Below are positions 1 to 10,249 of a DNA stretch of 33,861 nucleotides, piece after piece. The notes under the pieces were generated by a model. It was not told the DNA's origin. It was given only the letters and a program-made list of their open reading frames with translations, and did not search any database. Origin of the DNA: Bigelowiella natans CCMP2755 (Eukaryota; Protista; Cercozoa); assembly GCA_000320545.1 (NCBI GenBank), contig ADNK01000077.1:1-33861 (forward strand). The letters are read 5' to 3'. The position numbers and the translations under genes are program-made. Positions within the stretch are counted from its first letter, which is position 1. The number at the start of each line of letters is the position of its first letter.

Positions 1-415
1 TATTGTAAGCATTTTGTCCTTTCTGTTGGCACTTTACGAACGGTGTTGCGGACAATCGGACGGTCTGATCAATATCCGGGTCATATTTGCGGATTAGTAA
101 TCATCTCTCCTGCGGTGGTTCATTGTTCTGGAACCCCGAAATGATGGTAGCATCATGGGAAGAATTCAATTTAAAAGAATCAGTGGTATCGCTAGGCCGT
201 CCCTCTATTAGATGGATATAGGAGTAGATGTAATAATATTCAAAGTGGTACCTCCCCCACCCTCGCAAGCAAGTAGCTGTCTCATGTGTGGGGGTGGGTG
301 TGTAGGAGAGGGAAGGGGGGGGTGGGGGGCGGGGGAGGGGGAGAGAAGAGAGAAAGCTTCAAATATCCACAGATGGACGAGCATGATGTAGCGTAACAGT
401 GATCTTTCTATTTAC

Positions 416-536
416 CTCTACATCGGAATAGCCCAGAGTAATTCCTTGAAGAAACAACGCATTGGATTGGTGGGTGGGGTCAGCAAGCACATACACGTCT
501 ATTTTGAGCAATCTTCATCTGTCTTTATACGCTATA

Positions 537-575
<39 letters not shown>

Positions 576-915
576 TCCCACTCACCCCAAGCTGCGAAAC
601 CGTTATGGCCGATGAAGACGGCTGGAATACCCGCACACCCTGATTGTGTGCATGTTGCGTGTGCGTTGTGGTTCCCAAGTTATAAAGTAGCAGCTATGTG
701 TAGGTATTATTGGAGGAGGGGGGGGGATAGGGATAATGACGTCCGCGACGAAAATGGTGGAGGTGATGATGACGCGAAGATGATGGTGATGATGGTGATG
801 ATGATGATGATAACGATGCTGCTTATTTGTGTACCAACGCCGGCAGCAGAGAAACCTGATTTTAAACACAAAGGATACTAAAACTCCCCTACTACTCATC
901 AGACCTCACACACAC

Positions 916-954
<39 letters not shown>

Positions 955-2145
955 AGCACACACGACACGAATTAAACTTCAAAAAGGCTGATCGTAATTA
1001 CACATAGCACGCATATGCACTATCCATCATTTACCTCCAGAAGTGGCTTTTGGCTTTTTCCCTTCCTCCTTCTCCTCCTCCTCGCCATCACCTTGTGGGT
1101 TGTCCTTTGAATCCCCCTTCAGAATTAAGTTACACTGATACCAAAACTGCAGACCGGAGGAAGAGGAGGAGGGGGGGAGGGAGGGCGAGCAGGAACCGCG
1201 CAAATCGGCGAAGTTAGTAAATGAAGAATTTTTTCGATAACTTTGCACTTGTATATACTATAAGAGCAAGTTATAAGAAACCGTATATTAAAACGATTGC
1301 GTGCTAGCAAGTGGTTTCTGGGGGCGTCTTTTCGCCGGCGACCTGTGGGACTTTGACGGTAAGGTGGGGGTCCGCAGCGAGAATCGGCCTCCCCTGCGAA
1401 AGGAAGGGAAAAACATCAAAATAAATGTAAGATTTATAGAAAGAAGCATGACATTTGTACTTCGTACGCGATGAGGGGAAGGGCGTGTTTTCGCGCAATC
1501 ACGACAAGAAACTACGTCTACTGTACTCGCACACAATTCAGTGTTTGTTAGTAGATTAGAGGAGCACGTCAAGACCGATTCGGTATGGCTTCCTGATACC
1601 ACCCACCAATTTGACCCTTGCCTATTTGCCAAAACAGCCCAATAGCACAACAACAAGCGATGGCGGAAGAGCTGTAAGATTCGGCGGCGGGTGCATATGT
1701 TCGCAATGGTGCCCCACAAAGCTAAATACAACCCAATCTTCGTCAGCATAACCCCACTCTCACCAAAAGATGTCATCATCATCATCATCGTCGTCGTCAT
1801 CATCATCATCATCATTGGGAGAAGGAGGAGGTGAAATCCACCACCCTTCTTCTCTTCCCAGATTAGCACTTCCAGCAGCCTTCGGGGCGGTTGAAAGGGC
1901 GCTCTTGAGCGCGCGCTTATACACAGCCTCCACATCACAGCTGTCGGATGCGGTCGGCCCATCCCCCATTCCGCTGGAGGTGCTGTTTGTGTTGTTTGCC
2001 AGTGGAAAATCACTGTCTTATTAGAGTGAAGAGAGTGCGATGTATATGGCAAGCCGTGGATGGTGATGAGAGGGGGGGCTTTGAAGAGGCTTGTCGTCGT
2101 CGTTGTTGTTGTTGTTATTGTTAGTGTTGTTATTGATAGTGCTAG

Positions 2146-2176
<31 letters not shown>

Positions 2177-2708
2177 ATCTGCGACCGAGTCCACTCTTTG
2201 GCAGCTTCCTCTCCAAGAACATCGTGCATCGCTTGTCGTAAGATGACGTGCCCGGCCCCGAAGCACATTCCAAATGCGAGTATGCTGACAGAGGAGAGGG
2301 GCAGGAATAGGAGGGTATTATAAAAACAACCCACACAATATAGCATTAGAAACCCATCTATTCATTGGTATTGTTGTTTGCTGGTAGCTGTTGCTCTCCT
2401 TCGTCGTCTTCTTCTTCTTCTCCTATTGCTTTTCCCCCGTTCTAATCAACGATACCGTGAGATAGCGATGGAATCAACAGGGTTCCATTCACGGAAAGGC
2501 GACTGGCCTGATGATTATCACATTTATCCTGACGCTGCTGCTGCTTATGATGATGATGATGATGATGATGATTATGACGCCGTGCAATATTTAAGTGCAG
2601 AGGATATCAAGCGAGAGGACAACACCTGTGAGAGCGAATTCCACAGGAAGTTTGGCCGCGTGTCTAATCCCACCACATCAATCATAGAATGAATGAATAT
2701 CGAAGGGG

Positions 2709-2764
<56 letters not shown>

Positions 2765-3190
2765 TATTGTACTGGCTCACACTATAGAACAATAACTAAC
2801 TGAAAGAATAAAGTCGGAAAATATCCACCCTCCCTCCCTCCTCTTTTCCCAATTTCTTCAACGAGAGCATCATCGAAATGCGTCCGCTTACTTGACTGCC
2901 CAGTTGACACCCTCTGTATATCCTACAAGTGCGACGTATGCTTGCCTCGCATCTGCATCGCCCTGCAGATATCACCAGGATGAGAGGGAATGGGGGGCGG
3001 GGGGGAGGAGGGAAGCAGCAAAGGCTATTTTGTTTAATTACTTAGACGCCTCATCATCACCTTCTCGTTGAGGCCTTGAATAAGCTCCCAGTCTTCCTTT
3101 GCATTGTTATAGAAGTTGATCTGGCGCGCCATAATGTCCACTTCCACGGCCTTTTCTGCAAGACGCGAGCACACAAAAGAATGAAGAGAG

Positions 3191-3242
<52 letters not shown>

Positions 3243-3841
3243 TGTGTGCCGCTATGTGCATGTATGACAAATCGTCTTATACAACTAGCTATTATGTATA
3301 TGTAAGCAATGATCACGACCTCCAGCGAATTCGGACAGCCTTCCTGCTGCAGCCGTACGCAAGGCGTGCAATTGCCACAATCGATCTTGTCCGTGGCACA
3401 CTCCGTTGAGAAAAAATAACGTCTGACCGAGGGTACCATGCACGTTTACACTCACAATCAAGGAGATCGAGCTTCCACAACTAACACCTTTTCCGATTTT
3501 GCGATGCATGTCGGGATTCCGTACTCGTCGCGTATGATTTCTGCATTCCACCAAATCGTTTGTTAAATTAACGAATCCTTACTATGCTTCAGCATGTTTC
3601 TTCGAGCGTGTTCATTAGATAAAGCGGGTCGCTGCGTCTCAACAGGGGGATCTACCTGAGTCCGAATCGATGCCCTCCACTTTGAATCTTCCATCATAAT
3701 TTGGCACAGCTTTACTGTAGCCTCCGATATCTTGTTTATTGATGAGGGCACGTCACCATTATCAGCAAAAGGGAGGCTGGAGGCAAAAAACAGAGGGAGG
3801 AACTCACATTTGATGCCAGCGGTAACAATGCTCGCGTACAT
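416..3841 (-). CDS. Penicillin acylase / acyl-homoserine-lactone acylase family (peptidase S45, Ntn-hydrolase) precursor; 3'-partial
   Basis: Hand-spliced GT-AG exons stay in phase: 3841-3808, 3730-3656, 3540-3488, 3422-3320, 3155-3061, 2962-2892, 2663-2626, 2507-2456, 2284-2186, 1982-1845, 1621-1576, 1393-1343, 1146-1035, 855-835, 639-586, 444-416. The product has S45 motifs in the correct order: IIRDEYGIP, GVCHGQDRLWQL..LR.AAAGRLSEFAG, YTEGVN, LPVEF, WNPVDS, G|SNWWVVSGSHTESGRPILAADPHL (nucleophile Ser codon 1614-1612), PQFWYQCNL, GIPAVFIGHNGFAAWGIT. The rest of the beta chain lies outside the window or was not resolved. Confidence 0.92.
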
Positions 3842-4352
3842 GATCGTCGGCCGGCCTCGTTGAATTGGGACAACTAACGAATCTTCGGAGTGATTTCAAC
3901 TACGCGACATAAAAGCATTGCTGTCTCAGGGTAATAACACCCGGTATTTTGGGCAACATGAATTCAATTTGCGCACTCGTTTCTTAGTTAGTATGTCCAT
4001 CTCTTCATGACGCACATTAGGACCGCCCCTCGGGCGGTAGCAAACCGGGGTTAGATGTGATTTCCTGAATCGTGCTTGTTTTGTTGGAGCGACACACTCG
4101 CTGGAGCTTTTCCCCTCCAAAAACGGCATGTGTTTGTTACGTACCCCTCTTCGGATGCTCGGAAAGAAGAACGGAAGAAGAAATCAAGGGGAGTGCACCT
4201 AACAGATACCAGTAGAAACCAGGGGCTCTCCATCCAATTGCGTGTCTACCCAAACTATCAAAACACACAGAAATACAGCGAATAAGGTTGTCCCCAACAT
4301 ACTCGTGTGCAAAATTTGAAGGCAGGTTTCAGCATATGTCGCCAATGCTCAC
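3842..4352. promoter_or_regulatory. Short divergent (probably bidirectional) promoter interval between the acylase and USP genes
   Basis: The ATGs at 3841 (-) and 4353 (+) face away from each other, about 510 bp apart. No specific cis-element was identified. Confidence 0.45.
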
Positions 4353-5535
4353 ATGAGCACAGATCAAGCAAGCGTGGCTAGCATGGAAAAACTTGGCGAG
4401 GGCGGGGAAATCAAGCGCGGGAAGAAGACGGAGGGGTCGTTCGCTGCACCTGAATCCAAAAACGTGTGCGCTGACGTAGATACATCAGACCACAGCAACA
4501 GAAAGGTTTTCATTTGTGTTGACCCTTCCCCCCGCAGGTGCACCTTCGCCAAAACAGAAATAGACGCAATAGCATAGCTTGTGTGACAGCAGACACAACA
4601 TGTACGCGTGTTGTTGTGATCCGATGACAACTCGTGTTCGTCGCATTACATGATGTCGATGTTCAAATTAATTTCAGTCGCCAGATGATCCAAGTCTTTT
4701 CTAGGCAAATGATGCTTCCAAATGATCGCGTACTTTTTTCATTCATCGCACTGATGTTTAATTTTTCTCACCCTAGATTTGCATCACACTTTAGATCACC
4801 TTTGTGCATGCAGTGTTCTTCGAGAAAATGAGCACAAGAACCCCGTACAATCTTTCGGAAGAGTAAGAATGCGTTCATTCAGAAAACATTGCACATTTGA
4901 ACAATAACCATAGGGACGATCTCATAAGAGCTCACGTGTATAATTGCAGGGCTAAGTCATCGATTAAAATTTGGAACGACGAATGCAAAAAAAAAGTCAC
5001 CAATGAAATTGAGAAACTGTTCATGTCCCTCGCGGACGAGATCAAAGCAATAGGTTCATGACCTAGCACACAAGTTGCATAGCATTACGCGTTGACATTA
5101 GAATTAATTTGAGACCGCCAAACAAACATAAAATTTCACGTTACTTAATGTTGTGATGTAATGATGAGCTATCTATCTACTTTTTGACAGATGAGGCTGT
5201 CTTTAAGCGGGCACAGTACAGAATATTTTTCTCCCAAACTGGAGTTTCTAATAAAAAAATCTTGTTGGAAAAGATAGCCATGTGCCAGCCCGATCTTGTC
5301 GTCGTTGGTAGTCGAGGTACGTTTAGAGCGTTACAATGCTCAGAACATGTGTATCCATCTTGTTAAATGTCCCAGAAATTTGCTCAGATGTGATAATGTG
5401 GTCGGTCATCGGTACGTAGGAATGGGAGCAGCTGGAAGAATGTTTCTTGGTTCTACATCTGACTTTCTGGTCCACAACGTTCCATGTTCCATTGCAATAA
5501 TCAAGTGCTGCGACAATGTGACAGAAACAAAGTAG
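4353..5535 (+). CDS. Universal stress protein A (UspA)-family protein, about 6 exons
   Basis: Spliced product: RKVFICVDPS / RQMMLPNDR / ITFVHAV / ...KKILLEKIAMCQPDLVVVGSRG / MGAAGRMFLGSTSDFLVHNVPCSIAIIK*. This matches the USP N-terminal strand and the G-S-R-G-x9-G-S-(T/V) ATP-binding signature. GT-AG junctions are visible. Confidence 0.92.
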
Positions 5536-5539
5536 CGTC

Positions 5540-6345
5540 GCTAGCATCGCAAAGCTCATCAGCACAGGTCACATGATCGTGCTAGATGGTCATGCTACGA
5601 GTCGTGACAGCAGCATGTAGGGTCCGCTCAGCGCCATGCTACCGAGAAGCAGAATTACATTGCATGATGAACACAACCTAGCTAGCTAGCTAGGTTGTTT
5701 AGCTCACTCTAGTTATATAGTCTACTAGATCTAGAGATGTCACAACGTACTGACGCGTAGCGGACTGCTATGCTATGGCGTAGCTAGGTACTGGGGTAGT
5801 CCGTTATTCCTGATACATGCTAGCTAGCATGCGTATATACAGCTAGACAGGTGCATGCGAGATGAATGTGCAAAATGCAAATGGCACAACATTGCATGCC
5901 AGAATGCTGTCAACAGTCACTGTTCCAGTGCATCTAGATGTTGGCTAACAAAGATCGATGTACCGTGCATGGCTAGATAGTAGCATGAGCATGCGCTATC
6001 TAGCTAGCTACATGTGCTGTGATACGATCGCGAGCTCATGCTAGCTAGCATGATGACATGAGCTCGCAGAATAAAATGTGTCCTCCAATGGGCGGCTAGC
6101 TATAGCTCTAGAGCTAGATGGCGCCACATTTCACACATATCTAGAGATACATAGCTCATTGCAATTGTGACAATGTATAATTGTAGACCGCATCGCAGCA
6201 ATTCATGACACTGGCTCTTAGCTCCAGAGCTTCCGCAGACTTTGCATCTAGTGTTGCATGCACATGCTCAGTAACCGCTCTAGCGCTGGTTTGGTGTTAA
6301 GTGCGCGCAAACACTTTAATCACAACGATCTAGCAGGTGCATGTA
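5540..6345. repeat. Palindrome/hairpin-dense intergenic tract 1 (CTAG/CATG/AGCT/TGCA-rich)
   Basis: Perfect palindromes at 5673-5698 (26 bp), 5816-5831 (16 bp), 6036-6053 (18 bp) and 6103-6116 (14 bp). Inverted repeat at 6030-6040/6057-6067. Confidence 0.8.
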
Positions 6346-6791
6346 TGAACATCTGAATATGCTCAATCCTCCTGAGTGCATAAAAACAACGTAACTACTT
6401 ATAATTCTATAGAGTTACATTTTGACACATGTGTAATCATCGTCATCTTTTGACCGGACGCAGAGGAATTCATTAAAATAGACACACTGATTAATTCTAT
6501 TCAATAATCAGAGGCAAGTATCATTAAAGTTTCTCCAGTTTTTAAGAACGCTCTGCCTTAATACTTTTCAATGGTTGAAATGTAAGGCATGGTCCAAAAC
6601 TAAAGCAAGAGTCTAAGTTATGTGTAAAGTACTAAGTTAACAGAGCTAAGTGGTCTACGTGATGCGAGATTAAGTCATTCTGGACAGTTGTTTTTTTCAA
6701 GGAACTGATTAAATGGCTAATCTGATTCGACATTCTGTTTTTGAATCGGTTGACGGGACTGAGAAGTTCATTTGGAGCTTACTGAAACTAA

Positions 6792-7430
6792 CTACGAGTC
6801 ATATGTATAGCTGTCATATGAATAACCATCAAGTTGGGTACTTTGTCCACTATATGATTCATAGCCATTGTAGTGTGAATTCGTACTGTATCCTGCGTAT
6901 TGTGATTGGCTCCCATATTCCTTTGACCGGTTGGGGGAGGCGTCCCTTTGCAGTCGGAATCCCTTTGGAGCCATCTCATAAGCATTGAACAAATCATCAT
7001 CCCCTTGAAGCGAGGGGCTTTCCTGGGGCGAAGTTTCGTTTGAACTCAAATATTTTGAGTGCTGAGAGGTCTCACTCTTAGCCGGTGAAACGTCCCTTCC
7101 CATTTTCTTACGGTCAAAACCGTTTGTCGACTTTGGTACAAAAGATTTTGCCTTTGCTGAAAGCCTCGATGCGAGATTTGGGGGTGAATTCATCGAAGAG
7201 ATGTGCTGTTTTCCCGAGTAGCTGCTCGAGGTAGTCGTTTTTGTGTTGCTCCCTGGTCCAAATCTCATACCTGGCCTGGCGTTCATGGCAGTCGGAAGTA
7301 GATAGAAGCTATCATAATTGATGGGTAGCTTGAAAGGACAAGTATTTGGCATATCTGACATAAACTGCTGAGACGAGGTTGTTGAGGAGTCGGATGAGTA
7401 GATAGAAGGAGGTGTTGACATTGGATCCAT
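6792..7430 (-). CDS. Intronless low-complexity protein with a PAM2-like (PABP-interacting) motif and Tyr/Ser/Gly-rich C-terminus
   Basis: The ORF runs 212 aa from the first in-frame ATG (7430) in AT-rich DNA, where such length is unlikely by chance. SRLSAKAKSFVP (7169-7134) fits the PAM2 consensus x-x-L-x-x-x-A-x-x-F-x-P. Confidence 0.65.
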   Translation of the reverse strand: MDPMSTPPSIYSSDSSTTSSQQFMSDMPNTCPFKLPINYDSFYLLPTAMNARPGMRFGPGSNTKTTTSSSYSGKQHISSMNSPPNLASRLSAKAKSFVPKSTNGFDRKKMGRDVSPAKSETSQHSKYLSSNETSPQESPSLQGDDDLFNAYEMAPKGFRLQRDASPNRSKEYGSQSQYAGYSTNSHYNGYESYSGQSTQLDGYSYDSYTYDS

Positions 7431-8862
7431 TTGGAATATACTTTCCAAGTGATGCCATTTCAGGCATATTTATTGACAGATGTGGAGTAAGAAAATCCAT
7501 AAATGTGTTAAGATATTTTGGAACGACATAAAAAAAACACCAATAATCTCAACAACATCCACTTCATAGATTAATTCTGGATATCTCATATAAACTGAGA
7601 GGTGTCACAGAGGTATAGCTTTCAGTAACAGTCATCTGAAAATCAGCGAAACAAAATGTAAAAAATCCTTGGTTTTGGGACAACGTCTAAAGGTTCAAGC
7701 CTGATCGTTGGTATAAACATCTGAATGGTTGTTTTCTGTCATTGTGTAAAAAACTGAAGTCTAATTTTAGTTTTAAGATATATTGACAACAAAATATACA
7801 CATATCTGTAAATAAAATCATTATATTGCCTTAATATTGTCAAAATTAATTTGCCGCTATATTTTAGCTAATGGTTAAGGCGTATAAATTTCCAATTTTT
7901 TGATAAATATTTAGTATGAAAATTCGGGAAAAAGTAAGACCTTTGACAAATTTAGATGCTCCAATTTCAAAAACACAAAAATTAATGAGATAAGTAGGGA
8001 GTATTGTCATGCGGAAGATAACAATCTGAAAATTTGGCAAAAATTACAAGCCATCTCTACTTTTAAGCTGCGAAAATGGAATCTGAATCAAGAGTTAGTG
8101 CTTCTGCCTTTCAAGTTAGTTTAATTATAATGCTTAATTGTATGATATGTAAATCTATACATCACATAATGCAAGAATAATCTAATAAAAACTGAAAAAA
8201 TAAATTGATTTGTGTGTTTCAAATACTCTAATACCGGTTTTGAACAGAAATATTGTGCATCTTGTGATCTTGTTTATGAGCCGATGACAGCTAAGGATGA
8301 GAGAGTTCAGCGTCTCTTCGTAGTTCAGATCCCCAAAGAAATGAACAAGAGAATTTAGTTTGTGCAGCATGTAAAAATTGGTACAAATCGAAGGGATTTA
8401 GCCATTTCAAGAAAGAGGAATAAAAACACAGACGTACCCCAACGGGAGTAGTTTAATCTTTCTTTCCTTTTCTCTTTCGGAAACTACTTCTATGTGATTA
8501 TGGTATTAAATTTCACTCTTTTTTCTTTGTTCATTTACTATTCTCTTATTTTTGATTCAGATTGGATTTGTATCTAGAAGAATGATAAATCACTGCATTT
8601 TATTTATATACATCAATAATTACATATCGTTATTATAAATTATATTCATTTAAAATGATAAAATATAAAATATACTTCATAAAAAACTGAAAATATACTC
8701 AGTTGCCCTCCGCTACCCTCTACCTTTCTCGGCGAGTTCTTCATCTTTTCTCGAAATATACCCACAATCTGGCTGATTTGACCATCGGAAGAACAATCTT
8801 AGAACACGCTCTGTTTATGCTTTAGATGGTTTGTGAGAGATGATCTCCGTTCTGTCTCTAAA

Positions 8863-8869
<7 letters not shown>

Positions 8870-8924
<55 letters not shown>
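8870..8924. repeat. (GA)n microsatellite upstream of the PA28 gene
   Basis: Directly visible dinucleotide run. Confidence 0.95.
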
Positions 8925-8926
<2 letters not shown>

Positions 8927-9056
8927 TTAGAGAGTCTCCGGAGATATTCACATTGGATCTCGACATCTCGACTGGTCAACATCTTGTTCAACGAATTTCA
9001 CCTGGCCCTGTTCCCGCCACTACCTGCGAGCATCTGTCTCGGCTGTATTCTTCCTC

Positions 9057-10036
9057 ATGGAGGGGGATAAAAAAAACACTACATCCAAGGATAAACAGGC
9101 AAAAAATGTTCGCAAAGCTTACACGCGGATTACGACTGACGTGAAAAGACGCGCAATGAATCTCATTCATATTCGGCTCCCAGAGAAGGTGCTGGAAATG
9201 CAAAAGATCATAACGGGGCTACCTCTCGTCGACTCATCTTCCATAAAAGCTATAGAATCTGAAATCGACGCTATAGGTGTTATGCCTATAGATTCCAAAG
9301 AATTTTCGAAGCTGGATCCTTGCCAACGAGTTGGGCGTTCTGCGAAGGTGTCGGTTGGGAAGAAGCGAAAACTAGATGACGGGGCCTCATCCGCAAGCGA
9401 TTCGTCTGTTGATTATAGAGAAGGTGAAGAACGACCTGCATTTATGGACGCTCACGTTTCTTCAAACAAGAAAATTGCGGAGCTCACGAATACTGTCAAG
9501 AAGGAAGTCATAGAGATGATCGAGACGATGGGCGTCATTAAGCTTTACATTCAGCTGAACATCCCACAAATTGAGGATGGAAATAACTTTGGAGTTGAGA
9601 TTCAGGAGGAAGCGGTATACCTCTCTCTTTTAGCCAATATAAATTCACAATCAACCAATGTAGCTACCGCCTTACATTTAGGTTGGAGAGATCTCAAAGG
9701 TAGAGGATATGGCGTTTGCGATGCTGGATGGCATCAATAAGTACTTCATATTGCGAGGGAAGCTGGTTTCGAAAGTGCTTAGATATCCTAAAATTAAAGA
9801 CTACAAAGAGGTTTGTAGCCCCCATCATAATATTTTGATACGTATATGACAAATTGGAATGGCACACTCCTCAGAGTATTCGCGAGCTCGATGGGAAAAG
9901 ATATGTGAGGCTCAAGATGGCGTGTGTAGACATTCGCAACAGCTATATGACGCTACACGACATCATCACGAAAAATGAAGAGAAAATCCGAAAGCCAAGA
10001 GGGGTATGTGCTTCGTACATGTTGTCTGTAGCTTGA
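9057..10036 (+). CDS. PSME3: Proteasome activator PA28/REG subunit (PA28-gamma-like)
   Basis: Exons 9057-9614, 9682-9810 and 9875-(10003 or 10036). Contains the activation loop LNIPQIEDGNNFGVEIQEE, KYFILRGKLVSKVLRYP..DY and IRNSYMTLHDIITKNEEKIRKPR. A KKRK NLS-like motif in the insert is consistent with the nuclear gamma type. The exact C-terminus is uncertain. Confidence 0.93.
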
Positions 10037-10249
10037 TTTTTGTTGATACAGCCCATGATGGTGTGTCTATGCCATCATTAGGAAAGCGAGGATGCGATGA
10101 CTACAATGTATTGATTTTCACAAAACAAGCTTCGAATCAATATACCATGTGCAGAGTTGTTGTACGAGCAGCCCAAGTAATCATTTCTAACAACTCTTTT
10201 TTTGTTCCATTTTCACTTGTGCGCATTGTCTAGTTGTGGCAACTGCAGA

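Noticed and set aside
288-341. G-quadruplex-forming G-run cluster
   Set aside because: Similar G/C runs occur in many introns here as low-complexity sequence, with nothing pointing to a specific function.
1288-2346. 352-aa ORF with poly-T and poly-M runs as a standalone protein
   Set aside because: It is read-through of trinucleotide-repeat introns. Only the parts matching acylase exons are coding.
5540-6345. CRISPR array or tandem satellite
   Set aside because: There is no constant-length direct repeat with spacers and no cas genes. The context is eukaryotic.
6760-6795. Tiny 14-24 nt nucleomorph- or ciliate-type introns extending the PAM2 ORF
   Set aside because: GT..AG pairs exist, but nothing independent supports them and other introns here are about 60 nt or longer.
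8415-8460. Helitron 3' hairpin (TACCCC-AAC-GGGAGTA)
   Set aside because: The stem is imperfect, no CTRR terminus sits at the expected distance, and no Rep/helicase sequence is present.
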